Assembly (NCBI GenBank): GCA_951406725.2
Contig: OX597824.1
Span: 310,001 to 374,000, forward strand
DNA: 64,000 bases
Reading direction: 5' to 3'
Origin: Octopus vulgaris
Lineage: Eukaryota
This document shows, one piece after another, positions 15,123 through 31,991 of this stretch (positions are counted from its first letter, which is position 1; every line of letters begins with the position of its first letter). The notes under the pieces are model-generated. The model searched no databases. It worked only from the letters and a program-made list of their open reading frames with translations, and had not been told where the DNA came from. The position numbers were made by a program, and so were the translations under genes.

Positions 15123-15317
15123 AGTAAACCCGTGTAGCAAACCAAATGGCGGTGCCCCAGCATGGCCACAGCTCATTAGCTGAAACTGGAAAAATCAAAA
15201 TCAAAATCATATATGTATATATATATATATGTATATATATATGTATATATATATGTGTGTATATATATGTATATATGTAGATATATGTATATATATGTGT
15301 ATATATATGTGTATATA

Positions 15318-15717
15318 TTCCATCAGCACTGTCCGAATGATGTTGGCATCACCTTCAAAATACATCCAAGGCTTGACCACGTGCCATCCGTCCACAACAA
15401 AAATCTAAATCGCATCACATAACGACAATACGGCACAACTATTTCACCTCAATTGTACCCGCTCTCTTCAACATTACACCAGGACACGTCAAAAAAGAAA
15501 CTGACCACACAAAATTCAAAAAGTCTTTGGACAAATTCCTTCAAACAGTACCGGACAAACCACCCACACCCGGATATGTCTCCGCAAACAATAACTCTCT
15601 GCTCGAATGGGCCTTGGTGCCCAAATCCTGAACTGAAAGACTTCGCCAGGTGGTGCTATTAAGTTAGACATGGCCTGGGCCAATACTGGCAAAAACCTTT
15701 CTAAGTTAAGTTAAGTT
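15318..15717 (+). mobile_element. LINE family B variant, 3' fragment with (TAAGT)n tail
   Basis: [14 protein letters not shown] also occurs in the 15937-16810 copy; same 3'UTR. Confidence 0.88.
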
Positions 15718-15824
15718 ATATGTATATAAATATATATATATGTATATATATGTGTATATATATATATATGTATATATGTGTATATATATATATATGTATA
15801 TATATGTGTATATATATATGTATA

Positions 15825-18188
<2,364 letters not shown>

Positions 18189-18190
<2 letters not shown>

Positions 18191-19306
18191 ATACTGTTTT
18201 TCGGTCAGACAGGAAGGAAAGAACTCATGGTGGGGTTGCCCTGTACGTCCGTGAAGATGTCACACCCATAGTACTGTTGACACACTCAAACTCAGTCTGT
18301 GACACACTGATAGTACACATGAAACAACCGAAAATAGTAATATGTGTCACATATCGGCCACCAGACACCCCTAGTCATGAAGGAGTGTTTGAAGATAGCC
18401 TCAGAAGAATAGAAGAAGTCCTGGACAAACTGGACCAGGGTAACACCATTCTACTGCTGGGAGATTTTAACCTTCCGAAAGTCAAATGGCCAGATGGCCA
18501 TCTCCTCCCTGGAATGACATCACTTGAACAGAGACAGACAGAGTCCTTGTTGGCTCTCACACGAATGTTTTTCATGGAACAAGCAGTGCTTCGGCCAACA
18601 AGAGGTGAGAATGTCTTGGACCTCTGTTTCACAAGCAACCCGATGCTCATCCACAACATAATGGTAACACCAACAATTCTCTCAGATCACAACTTAGTAG
18701 AGGTAATGATATATGGTATGAGAGACTTAGTTGAGACGCAGCCATTAGAAAATACCACAGGCCTATCCAGTCTAAACTTCCATAAGGCAAACTGGAAGAA
18801 GATCAACGAAGAGATCCGAAAACATGACTGGAGTGACTTCATCACCACACAAGACACCGACACACATTTCCAACATTTCATGACAACAATACAGAACATA
18901 TGCCATAAGTTTGTCCCGGAGAAAAAAGCCAGCGGGCATAGGAACGTTATTCCCAGAGACAGGAAAATACTTATGAGGCGAAGAGCTAAGCTCTCGAAGC
19001 AACTGAATGCACGGCAGAGAAACAATGAGGGACTCCACCTGAAACTTTTTGAAACGGAAACTGCACTCAAACTTTCCTATGAGAAGGAGAGGGCAGAGAG
19101 AGAAGCCAGGGCCATAGAGAATATTAAAACAAACCCTAAAGCCTTCTTTAAATTTGCGAAAGAAACCACCTCGGTACACTGCAAGATTGGCCCACTCTTT
19201 GATAAAAAGGGCCCTCTAACTGAGGACCCCCAAGGGATAAGTGAAATACTAAAGGAACAGTATAAAAGTGTGTTCACATCCCCTCTGGGGCACATGCAAA
19301 TCACAA
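18189..19306 (+). mobile_element. Internal APE/linker fragment of LINE A2, lacking both ends
   Basis: Near-identical inverted copy of ~7916-9033; two amino-acid differences seen (K/M, S/P). Confidence 0.93.
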
Positions 19307-19324
19307 TATATACACATATGTGTG

Positions 19325-19435
<111 letters not shown>

Positions 19436-19524
19436 GTGTGTATATATATATATATATGTATATATGTATATATATGTATATATATATATATATGTATATA
19501 TGTATATATATATGTATATATATG

Positions 19525-19555
<31 letters not shown>

Positions 19556-19646
19556 ATGTATATATATATATATATGTATGTATATGTATATATATGTATA
19601 TATATGTATATGTATGTATATGTATATATATGTATATATATGTATA

Positions 19647-19729
<83 letters not shown>

Positions 19730-19892
19730 GTATATATATACATACATACATACATATATATATACACACACATATATATATATATGTAAATACATACATG
19801 CATACATATATATATATATACACACACATATATATATATATATGTAAATACATACATGCATACATATATATATATATACACACACATACATA

Positions 19893-19960
<68 letters not shown>

Positions 19961-20134
19961 CACATACATACGTGTATGTGTGTTTTTCCCTTTTCTCAAT
20001 TTTAAAAAAATGTTTTTTCGCCTTCCAAATCTGGAAATTTTGCCTTGCTATGAAAGCTGGTTTGATTTCCTTTTTTAATTTTTCATACACCCAATTTTTA
20101 TTAAAATTTGCTTTCAGTTTAGCATTCTGCCTTA

Positions 20135-20247
<113 letters not shown>

Positions 20248-20329
20248 CATATATCTGTGTGTGTGTATGTGTGTGTATATATATATAATCCCAAAAATGA
20301 AGACAAACAACAACGCAAGGACGTTAATA

Positions 20330-20695
20330 GAAAATAGATGTGAGATATGTAGGGCTATTGAATTTGTAGATCCATTTTTTTAGGCAGAATGGTATATATA
20401 TACCATTCTGCCTAAAAATGGATATAAAAAATGGATATAAAAATGGATCTGAAAAAGGGATTTATAAATTCCATATCCCCACATATCTCACATCTATTTC
20501 CTTTCCTCCACCTCACTCTCTATTTTGTATCCTATCTAAATTAACTATTACTTAACCATCCTCTCACACCATCTCTGATGAAGGGATATAATTAATAAAT
20601 ATCCTGGAAACAGCTGTAAGACCTTCTATCTATAAATGTTCTAATATCTACACAGCCTTGGTTTTTTATCTCATTACGCAAAAAATCCTTATATA
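20330..20695 (+). mobile_element. PLE-type pLTR remnant with 5' inversion
   Basis: Palindrome 20371-20421; 20331-20353 inverted relative to ~20478-20500; contains a hammerhead. Confidence 0.65.
20572..20621 (+). ncRNA. Type I hammerhead ribozyme
   Basis: ucu-CUGAUGA-agggauau...auauccug-GAAA-cagcug-UA-aga. Confidence 0.7.
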
Positions 20696-20774
20696 CACAC
20701 GCTGACATATGACCAACGTTGAGCCCCTTATTCGCAAAATCACCGAACCTGGAACTTAACTATGGTCTGTCTAT

Positions 20775-21680
20775 AGCACTTATAATTGTGCCTTATTGTT
20801 GTTATGAGATGCAAGTGTGATTTATGCTGTGGAGGAATAGGCCAAGTCTTGGATGTACCTTAAAAGTGATGCCAACATCATTTGGGCAATGCTGGTGGAA
20901 TATTTTCCACATCATTCAGATGATGTAGCGCTCACGGCGACGTTCAGGGAATAAAGCTGGATCCTTTCTAGTCGACCCCAATAGTCAAGGCCTGTCATGC
21001 CATCTTTTTTTGTAATTGATCTTGGAAATGCTTCAACTTTCATGATGCTTTGTTTCGTGTGGGGAGACCACAGTGGACAACAGTATTCAAGGTGGGGTCG
21101 GGCAAAAGTGCAGAAAAGAAGGATAACTGGGTATCTCTCGCCTGGCAAGTTCTGAAAATCTAGGAGCACATTCTGCGAGCCATGTCGACTTTATTGTTTT
21201 TGTGAGTAGCCCAGCTTATGTTATTGTCTACAATTATTCTCAAGACTCTGATGTTGTTGGATTCCATGAGAGTTTCACCTGAAGGAAGGGAGTATGGGAG
21301 TTTCAGGGTATCCCCTTTTCCAAAATGGATTAACTTAAATTTATTCTCGTTCAGCAGCATATTGTTTTTTTTCCGCCCATCTTGGAATTAACTGCAAAGA
21401 TTCTTATTTTGCTGTGCTTGATGATCTCAGTAATGTCATTGATGTTGATGATGAAAAGAAGTGGACCTTCAACACAGTGCCTTGTGGAACACCACTACTG
21501 ACTTTGGCTGGGCTTCATATTACTCCCACTACAACGTGTTGGGTTCAGCCTGTCAGGACATACTTGATCCATTGTAGTAACTTTTCAGAAATACTAATAT
21601 CGGATAGTTCTTGCCAAGAGAATCTTATGATCGATCCCGTCAAAGGCTTTGCTAAAATCAAGGGAGATGACATCGGTGCC
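20775..21680 (-). mobile_element. Older, decayed LINE family B copy
   Basis: [32 protein letters not shown]; frameshifts and deletions. Confidence 0.88.
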
Positions 21681-21689
21681 ACACGTCAG

Positions 21690-21814
21690 ATGTGGAAGGG
21701 ATTGCTATGCAACGTTAAATAGGGTGTTTTGCTCATGAACACAACACCCCACCCGACCTGGGAATGGAACCCAGAATCATAGGATCGTGAGTGTAACAAC
21801 CTTACCAGTAAGCG

Positions 21815-21815
<1 letters not shown>
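21690..21815 (-). mobile_element. tRNA-derived CORE-like SINE fragment
   Basis: B-box-like GGTTCCATTCC followed by tgtgttcatgagcaaaacac. Confidence 0.55.
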
Positions 21816-21852
<37 letters not shown>

Positions 21853-22182
21853 TACATACATACATACTTATATGTATACATGTGTATTGATGATCGTGTT
21901 ACTGAAAGTTGTCTTCAATGTTGGTCGAGGACAATTGTAAGAGATTAGACTGCTAAGCAGAAAGCATAAACACATTTTATCGGAAAATTTGAAAATATCA
22001 AAACAAGGTATAGAAAATTCTAGATATTTATTTATTCAGTTATTTATTTAATTTCGTCAGCAATTATCTAAATTAGATTTTCTTCACATGAAGAAAACGT
22101 GTGGCAATCGGCTTTTTCATCTCAACTTTTATCTTTTCGATATTTTCAACATACATACATGCATAGACAGATAGATAGATAT

Positions 22183-22279
<97 letters not shown>

Positions 22280-22292
22280 TTGCGCGTGTGTG

Positions 22293-22323
<31 letters not shown>

Positions 22324-22582
22324 GTTTTATATATGCATCAAATACAATCATACACACACACACACACACACTCAGACATGCACGCGCAGGCAACTGCGCA
22401 CGCGCACACATCTTCACATTAAAAATTTAATATACTTATTTTGCACATCACGTTTTAGTACCAACTTCTCCGAAAGCAAATTCTCTCTCCCTCTTTCTCT
22501 CTCTCTCTCTCACTCTCTCTATCTATCTATCTATCTCTATCTGTCCATCTATCCAACTACCTATCGCTCTCTCTCTCTCTCT

Positions 22583-22620
<38 letters not shown>

Positions 22621-22626
22621 ATCTGC

Positions 22627-22663
<37 letters not shown>

Positions 22664-22737
22664 CATCCATCCATCTATCTATTTATCTGTCTACCTGTCT
22701 ATCTCGCTATATCTCTCCCCCTTTTTCTCAGCTTTCT

Positions 22738-22791
<54 letters not shown>

Positions 22792-23744
22792 ATCTCTCTC
22801 GTTATCTCTATCTATCTATGTATCAATCTATGTATTTCAGGTAAATTTCGACTGTTCTTTTTAAGTCATTTATTAACCAAGTAATAGATTTCCAATTAAC
22901 TTTCAATCGTGAATAATGCATTATTTGATAAATACTGCGTACATAAACATGTACTCACACACATACACAGACGCACATATCCTTATATGCACGCACGCAC
23001 ACACATACATACGCATATATAGGAAGACAGACAGACAGATGGACGGACAGACGGATGGACGGACAGACGGATGGACGGACAGACGGACAGGTAGACAGAT
23101 AGACAGGTAAGTAGGCAGGCAGGCAGGCAGGCAGGCCCAGACAGATAATATTTTTCTTTTTATCTACCCGCGGAATAAATTTAATCGATAAACTCGGGAT
23201 TATTCACTTTGCATAAACATTAAGAAATGATAAAACAACAAAATCATAAAAGAAAAAGAAAAATAAAGCGCTAAAACACAAAATAACCAAACACTTCCAA
23301 AACAAAAAACAAGAAAAATAGAATAAATGAAATAAACCAATAAAAATATAGCATAGAATAATAAAAGATGCCTAAAACAAAAAGAAGAATAAAAATATGC
23401 ACAAAACAATTATCCGCTCTTGTGTGTGTGAAAATTAACTTAAGTACATAATGTTTTGCCAATGTAACATGTCTCCTTCTTATTTATTGACTTGCAGACG
23501 GCGTTTTGCTTTGTTTTTGTTCATTCTTTTATACTTTTCTTTCTCTTCTTATTTAATTTATTTTCATTATATGTTGTTGTTGTTGTTGTTGTTTTTGTTT
23601 TTGTGTGTGTGTTTATGTGTTTTCTTTTTCTTTCCTTTTCAGGCAATCGACTGCATACAATTTCAGATAACAGTAACAATATTAACGTTAATTTCATCTC
23701 CCTCCTTATCGTCTGCGTTCGTTGCTATAAAGTCCAGTTGGGAG

Positions 23745-24815
23745 ATATATTCAACTGAGATATTACAGCCATCTCAATTGGGCGAGATTATTCCGTTCAG
23801 ACAGACATGGCAGCATCACTGTTCAATTTTAGACTTAAAATCCAGATAAGTAGTTGTGATATTCAGCAGAACGCAGGAACATAGAAACGAGCTCAGTTGA
23901 TCATCTGTACAGTATAGACATCGCAGGAAGCTCAGTTGGTGAGCTGTGCAGTGGTGACGTCACAGAAAGCCAAATCTGTGTGCTGCACAGTTTGAAACTT
24001 GGGAGTAAAGTAAGGAGCTAAGTTGTTCAGTTGCTCAGACATTACAACAAACTTATTTGGTGAGCTACTCAGGTGATACATAACAAATCTGTTAGGGAAC
24101 TGTATAGTAAAGACATAAAAGGAAGCTTAGAGCATTGCTCAGTTGCTATAGAACAGCTATTTCAGTTTTGAACTGTGGAATTGAGCCATAACAACTATTT
24201 CTGTTGACGTGCTCTTCATTTTAGACAACCGTCTCAATTGACAAGCTTTTTAATTCGGACATAACACCTAACTCGTTCGAAAGAGGAGCCAAAGAAGGAA
24301 TCTCGGTGTAGCCAATTTTCTTACAAGGAAAAACAGCTAAATCTCCCTCAGTTGGTGAACTGTTCAGTTGAGCCATAGCAGCTATCTTAGTCGATGGACT
24401 GCTCAGCTGAACCATAACATCTAGTTTTGTTTAGTTAATCGCTCAGTAGAGACACTGCAACCAGCTCAGTCATGAGCTGTTCAGTAGAGATATACCAGGA
24501 AGTTGAGTCGGTGATATGTCCGTCTGAACAATAACAGCTCAGTCAGTGAGGTGTTCAATTGAGCCTTAGCAGCTACGTCGGTTTTGGTGCTGAATTTTTC
24601 GACTCAGTCATAGCATCCAGCTCAGTTAGTGAGCTATTGAATTCAGACATAACAGTTAGTTCAGTCGATGAGCTGTTCAGTTGAGTCACAGCAACTAACT
24701 CTGTTTAGTGAGTTGTTCAATTCAGACATGATACTTTATCATTTGAAGATTTGCTCAGTAGAGACATGACATCCAGTCGAATTGGTTGCCAGTTCATTTG
24801 AGACACGGCACCAAC
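23745..24815. repeat. Degenerate ~39-bp tandem repeat
   Basis: Units such as cagctcagttagtgagctattgaattcagacataacagt and tagttcagtcgatgagctgttcagttgagtcacagcaac. Confidence 0.8.
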
Positions 24816-25730
24816 CACCGTTTGAAAAACTATACTCTTATGACACAGCAAACTGGCTTAATTTACTGGGATGGAAACTTTGATAAAATCTTGATTCCCA
24901 CTTCAAGATTTCATTAATCGTAGATTATAAAACAAATGGATCTGAGCGAGATTACGAAACATTCAGTATCGTTATACAAAGAAGTCTCTATGTGGAGAAG
25001 TACATCTTCGTGCTGTACCCCTACGTAGGAGCCCAGGCTGTTAGAAGAAGCAGTGAGACTACCCTCAGTTACACACTGCCTACCAACTTAGAAAAAGGAC
25101 GCACTAAGCAATGTCATCACAGATATTTAAATTATCCTCGGGTAAATAATGACCCAGCATTCCTGAGATCAAAGACAATGGAGTACTTTTGATCATGAAA
25201 ATACTCACCTCGTATTGACCAGGGGCTAAACAACAACAGCCAAACTGGATTTTACTATATCTCTATACAAAGCAGAAACCGAAAGAAGTATTTAAAAAAC
25301 AAGAGTGTTTTTAAAGAAAACCGTATTTAGTGGATCAGAAGTTGGATTGTGTTACAAGATTTGAGTTGCCGGTTATTATCTGATAACCTCATCGAAGAAC
25401 ATTTGGAACAAATTAAAAAAATAAAACTAATCCTGCAATTCGAATAATTTCATTTTCTTTGGCATTTCTCAGAAATTTCGTCTATTCATTTATTGATTTA
25501 CTTTTTTTTTATCTTCGGCATATTTTCTCTTTCTCTTTCTCTTTTTCTTTTTCTTTTTTTTTTTTTTCAACAATGAAACCTGTGTATTTTTAATTAATTC
25601 TGTGCTCCATTTTGTTAAGTGACAAAGATTAAATGACAGCAGGAATCAAAATTGATTTTTTTTCTTTACAATAATGTCCTAGACACACTCACGCGCACAC
25701 ACACACACACACGCACACACACGCACACAC

Positions 25731-25769
<39 letters not shown>

Positions 25770-26119
25770 AATAAAAATACAAAGGTATTTTTTAAATACA
25801 TCGTGAGAAGATTAAATTCTTCCCACCCCGCCATTTACTTGTTTCTTTCCTTCTTTAATGAAGACATTTTGATCATTGTATTCCAAACATGTCTCACTTC
25901 AGATATCACACTGTGTGAGCTCACAAGTAAAGCGGTTCGCTATCACCATTCAGTTTCCTGGCGTGAATATTTTTGCATCTTTTTCTCCTATTTGTCTTCA
26001 TTACAAGACAGAATTATGACCACATGACACAAACACTTTGTTCTCAAAGTAAAATATCACAAGGAAATTGGACCGAGCATCGCGATGGAATAAGCAGCTT
26101 TATTTTTATTGTTTTCATT

Positions 26120-26310
26120 CATCTTTTACTTGTTTCCGTCATTAAACTGCTGCCATGCTGGAGCATTGCTATGAAGAGTTTAGTAGAACAAAGCAACGTC
26201 AGTACTATTCTTTTAAAAGTCAGATATTTATTCCCACGGTCTTATTTGCTGAATCGCAAAGTTACAGAAACGTGAACAAACCAACACCAGTTGTCCAAGA
26301 GTGAGAAACA
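26120..26310 (-). mobile_element. Decayed SINE, same family as 32940-33150
   Basis: 3' end gctccagcatggcagcagtttaatgacggaaacaagtaaaag. Confidence 0.7.
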
Positions 26311-27328
26311 AAGCATACACAAACATACATGCATACATACATACATACATACATACATACATACATACATACATACATACATACATACATACATACGTAC
26401 ATACATACATACATACATACATACCTATCAGGGATGTGCCGCCTCGGTTGGCAAGGTAGGAAGTGCCTAACTTGAATAAAATAAATCAACAGCATTTTTA
26501 TGGCAAAACATGCACGTAATTCAATAAAATTATGAATTGGTATTCTGATTACGATGCATAAAATGCAAAATGTTTTAACTTTTTTGTAGATTAGGTGGGG
26601 CATAATTCCCCCCCCCCCCCTGCCTTTCAATCTCAGAATGTAAGCTACACATAGTATTGCTGTAGCACACGTGCTGCATACATTCCTACAACACCGTTTT
26701 CTTTACGTGCTATAAAGACAGAAATAGATCTGCCTTCAACTCAGTCACATGTCCGTGTATCGCTTATTTTTTGTGTGTTTTACTACATAAAAGTCGCCAA
26801 CTATCTGCCCTGAGCAATCCCTGACGGCACGAGCCTGCTGTAAGGATTCACTTCCACACACGCCAGATTAATTTAATTTGTCTTAGTTGAAATACACCTG
26901 TTGTTAATGTCCTGTTGTTTGCATTTGTATTTGTGTACCACTTCTCCGTTTTTTTCCGTCCTTGTTTCCGTATACATTCGCTGCTTTCTTCCAAGGAATC
27001 TAGTGCTCTTAGCTTACATTTTCCTTAGGGCTGGCCAGATTGGAGCAGTCTCGAGTGTAACCAGCTGAAACTGCAAAGATAATCTGGAACTCGGCTGACG
27101 AAAGAAAACTCCGAATGACCCGTCCTTGTTTTTTCTTCTCCCCTTTTGTATCAGCTAACTGTCTAGATGTTTTGTTGTCGCCTGTTGCATTCTTGTCCCA
27201 TTTTTGTATTCTCATATGTATCCAGGGTGATTCAAAGTCGCCATACATAAGAACAATTTATTTTTTTATAAGAAACAGTTTTTTTTATTTAACTGTTTCT
27301 TATGAAAAGATTTTCCTATGTATGGTGA

Positions 27329-27380
<52 letters not shown>

Positions 27381-27387
<7 letters not shown>

Positions 27388-27543
27388 CAAATAAGAAAAT
27401 AGAGAAATAAATTTAGAGTTTGTTCATCAACTTTCGGATATTAGAATGTTGGATTGTTTATATATAGCATACATATAATATATGTATGCTATAATTCAAT
27501 ACGAATAAGATAAGAATACAAATTATAAAAATCATAATATTAT

Positions 27544-27584
<41 letters not shown>

Positions 27585-28405
27585 TGATTATTATTTATGT
27601 GGTCATAAGCATAGACGTGTTTATATGTCCCAGTATATGTATATATATATGTATATGACGAATGGTATATTTACTTGGACCTACTGTTTAATTGTGTTTA
27701 TTTATGTATTTTTACGCATGTAAAAGTATATACACTCTGCTTATGTATGTATATGTGTATATGTGTATATATGTACATTTATATATCTATATGGATATTT
27801 GTTCATATTTTTATATATATTAAGTAATACGTGTATCATGTTTCATGTATTAATATTAATATTTTTAAAGTTCCTTATAACCTCTGACAAGACCTATGGT
27901 TATATATATAAGTACCCTGTTTTTAAATGCCTATAACCTCAATATATTGACAACTATAGGCAATAAAAATAACTACTTTTAACCATAGGCTGAAACAGCT
28001 GTAAGAAGTGATTTTAATGATTTCAATAATTTATATTATGATTTTTATAATTTGTATTCTTATCTGATATGTATTGAATTATAAGATATATATATGTATG
28101 TTATTGAGGTTTTCATTTTGTTAAATGAATAAACAATCCAACATTCTAATATCCGAAGGTTGATGAACAAACTCTAAATTTGTTTCTCTATTTTCTTATT
28201 TGTATTATATTCTCTATATTCTTATTTGTATAAATTAACGGTAAAAATATTTCTTTACCTGCACCCGCTTAATACTATAAATGAGTTAATTGCATTGCAA
28301 TTAAAACATTTATGTATTAAGAATCTGAGTACATTACCAACAGTATATTGGATAAATACTATCCCTTAGTGGGTTATACCCATAATCCCTAACTTACTTT
28401 GTGTT
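27381..28405 (+). mobile_element. PLE-type pLTR with inverted 5' duplication, between TA arrays
   Basis: 27381-27545 is inverted relative to 28031-28209; hammerhead-like motif inside. Confidence 0.7.
27882..28005 (+). ncRNA. Hammerhead-like motif with long stem II insert; core mutated (CUGACAA)
   Basis: ccuaugguu...aaccauagg, then GAAA-cagcug-UA. Confidence 0.55.
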
Positions 28406-28422
28406 ATATATATATATATATA

Positions 28423-28461
<39 letters not shown>

Positions 28462-28570
28462 CAAACACACACACACACACAGACATATATATATATATGT
28501 GTGTGTTAAAATGAGGAGAATGAAGAATTTGAACATTCAAACGTTTTGTCTATTTCCAATTAGAATAAAA

Positions 28571-28641
28571 GTCCGACACATGTTTCGATCGCACCAATCA
28601 CATATCGTTGCATATTCTTATTGGTGCGACCTCTTCAGAGC
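28571..28641 (-). ncRNA. Type I hammerhead ribozyme with weak stem I
   Basis: CUGAAGA-ggucgcaccaau...auuggugcgauc-GAAA-caugug-UC. Confidence 0.7.
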
Positions 28642-29098
28642 AAATAAATTTGACATCATTTGAAAAGGAACTTTCCTCCTCAATTAGTTTGAATTAGATT
28701 TGGTAGCAATAATAAATTCTGAATATTCCTGGTGGTGGCTCAGAGCCGACACCATCGTGAAAATCACACCGCCACCTTCCTTTGACCGGATGTGGCATTA
28801 TTTTTTCTCTGCCTGGTGGCACCGGAGAAAGTGGTTGTGTGGCAGACATTAGTGAAACAGCTGAGGACAAGCGCGTCCCTTTTCGGCCACACCCTCATCA
28901 ATTTGTTGGGGTTCCATTTGCAAAGGAAACAAAGCAGTGGGGAGGGAGATGTTTCCCAGTAAATTTGGTTAAAGGTAAATAAATGTAATGAGAAGGATGC
29001 AAGTTAAGTGTACCTGCGCTGAGAATGCGCCAAAAGGTTGGAATTCACTGAGGAGAGAGGTGCTGGCCTTGTGCCAAAATTTGAAACCATTGTTGTTG

Positions 29099-29132
<34 letters not shown>

Positions 29133-29193
29133 CATCATCATCATTGTTATTATTATTATTATCATCATCATCATCATCATTATTATTATTATT

Positions 29194-29750
29194 GAGTGAG
29201 AGAGCAGTTCATGCCATCAAAGTGACACTGGGGTAAAATATACGAAGCCCAATATACCCATCATGACTACCCGTCTGATAAAGGTACACCAGGCACATGC
29301 ATCACAACCATATGTGCGCGACATGGTGATCTCATATCAAGATAAACAGCACATGTCCTTGCAGGTGGGGCCCAGTTAGAATTTTCTTCAGGTTCAGTAG
29401 CCCATCCCGCTCAAACGGTCCCTGAATAAGGGTTGTTTAAGGACGTTGAACGAAACATCCATGTTTCCAGAGGTGAATTATTCAAACCCCAAAGAATCCC
29501 TCTCAACACACGGTTATGATGCTCCCCCACTACTTCTGCTCGTGATCAGAGATGCACATATCGTCAGCCACTAAGGGACATGCTCAACTGGTTAAGGTCA
29601 AACAACTGACAAGCAAATCTGTGGTATTGAGCAGAATATTTGCTGTAGCCCATCTTTTATACCAAGACAAAACAATGTACATGATATCACTTCCAATCAG
29701 TTAAGATCAGAAGCCATGAGAGCCACTGCCTGGTACTGCATCAGGGCATT
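29194..29750. mobile_element. ~560-bp insertion embedded in (TAT)n
   Basis: Sharp boundaries with TAT repeats on both sides; family not identified. Confidence 0.55.
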
Positions 29751-29752
29751 TA

Positions 29753-29840
<88 letters not shown>

Positions 29841-29844
29841 CACG

Positions 29845-30030
29845 CTGGGTGAAATGCCGCTAAACATTTTGCCCGTCTTTATGTTCTGAGTTCAAATTAC
29901 GCCGAGTTCCATTTTGCCTTTTATCTTTTCGGGGTCGATAAAATAAATACAAGCAGAGCGCTGGGGCTGTTGTAATCGACTTTTACACCCTCCCCTTGTA
30001 TTTGCTGGCCTTGTACCAAAATTTGAAGTC
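29845..30030 (+). mobile_element. tRNA-type SINE, decayed
   Basis: B-box-like GAGTTCAAAT; its 3' end gctggccttgtaccaaaatttgaa recurs at 29062-29088. Confidence 0.6.
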
Positions 30031-30626
30031 ATCATCATCATTTGTTAGATTCCGTATTTGAAAATGTAACTATTTTCATATATTTTATCTTATAATTTTA
30101 TTCTTATTGAAATTTGTGAAGAATTTCATATTTGATTACATGTTTCTAGATGGGCCAATAACTGCAATTCCACCATACGAAACGTACGATGAGTGCTCTT
30201 GGGAGAATTGTTGAAATGTATATACTTATAGGAATATCCGAAAGAGACACTTGTGAGAACGTCTTAAGTGTGTACTTGTACCGCAATGGCCGAGATGTAC
30301 GCTTATAGGAAGTTAGTGAAGTATGCTGCTATTTTTATTATAATTCCTAATCTGAATAATATTTCTGTATTTGTGCAATTTTCATGTCTCTGATACTTAA
30401 CTTTAGTCTTACAGAATCAATCGCTAAGTAAACACACACATGCAAATACGGAATCTCTACGCACACACGTGTGTGTGTATGTGTGTTTGTGTGTGTCTGT
30501 GTGTGTGTGCGTGTGTGTGTGTGTGTGTGTGTCTGTCTGTCTGTCTGTGTGAGTGTGTGTGTATGTGTGTGTGTGTCTCTGTGTGTGTGTGTCTGTCTGT
30601 CTGTCTGTCTGTCTGTGTGTGTGTGT

Positions 30627-30665
<39 letters not shown>

Positions 30666-30844
30666 TATACATGTATGCATATTGCACCATCGGCCATTTT
30701 TCGTTTCCTTGTATCCGTTCTTTTTCTCCCTTCTCATTTGTTATGCTGGTATTTATATAAATGCATGTATGAAGGTAAATAGGTGTGTATGTATGAGGAC
30801 AGAAAGGGAGACAGACAGACAGGCAGACAGACAGACGTACAGCC

Positions 30845-30924
<80 letters not shown>

Positions 30925-31351
30925 GTTGATCAATACCTGCATATATTAAATGATTATTAGAGATTGACATACATTGACCCCCATCTTAATGAAAAAGAAA
31001 GTATCGATTATTAGATATTTATAGACAGCAATCGCCAGACATATCCCAGATTGGTCACTTATGACGTTCCTTACATTTTGAAATGGCCACCTTCAAATAG
31101 TTAACAAGACAGACATACGAATGATGACATATTGGTCACGTGTGCGTAGTATCATATGGAGTGCAGTATGTATGGAGTCGTAATGAAGAAAGAGCGACTA
31201 ATGTGGTGGACAGATTATTGAATTCAGAACGTGAAGTCGCTATACAAACTGAATGCATATGGATAACCATATACTACAATATACACACACACATACGTAC
31301 ACATTCACTTACATGTATAAATACAATATATATATATATATATATACATAC

Positions 31352-31398
<47 letters not shown>

Positions 31399-31422
31399 CA
31401 TACATACATACATATATATACA

Positions 31423-31458
<36 letters not shown>

Positions 31459-31499
31459 CATACATACATACATATATATATACATACATATATATATAC

Positions 31500-31546
<47 letters not shown>

Positions 31547-31926
31547 CATACATATATATATACATATATATATATACATATATATATATACATACATATA
31601 TCTATATATGTATATATATTTATATGTAATTATCGTTAGACGAGGAAATTGACAATAGCTATTTACGTGCAAATTATACAGGAGATATATATGATCATGA
31701 ATAAATTGTATACACAAACGCATATATGCATACATGATACATAATGAATATATATACATACACTATATGTGGATGAACGTGTCTCTGTTGTACAAGCACC
31801 TGTACATATATATATATATTTATACATACACACACGTACATACAATATATGCTTACGTGTGTGTCTGTATTTATTCATGATTATGAATAAATGATATATA
31901 TTTGTGCGCATATATATCATTTATTC

Positions 31927-31991
<65 letters not shown>

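Larger units (their letters stand above)
11742..15208 (+). mobile_element. LINE family A1, 5'-truncated within ORF1, intact ORF2, (AAAATC)3 tail
   Basis: ORF1 tail, ORF2, short 3'UTR and tail, flanked by TA repeats. Confidence 0.95.

Noticed and set aside
15148-15190. LINE 3' stem-loop + GAAA read as a hammerhead
   Set aside because: No CUGANGA-like core or UH geometry; treated as an RT recognition motif.
23745-24815. CRISPR-like array
   Set aside because: Degenerate contiguous units without unique spacers, eukaryotic context, no cas genes.
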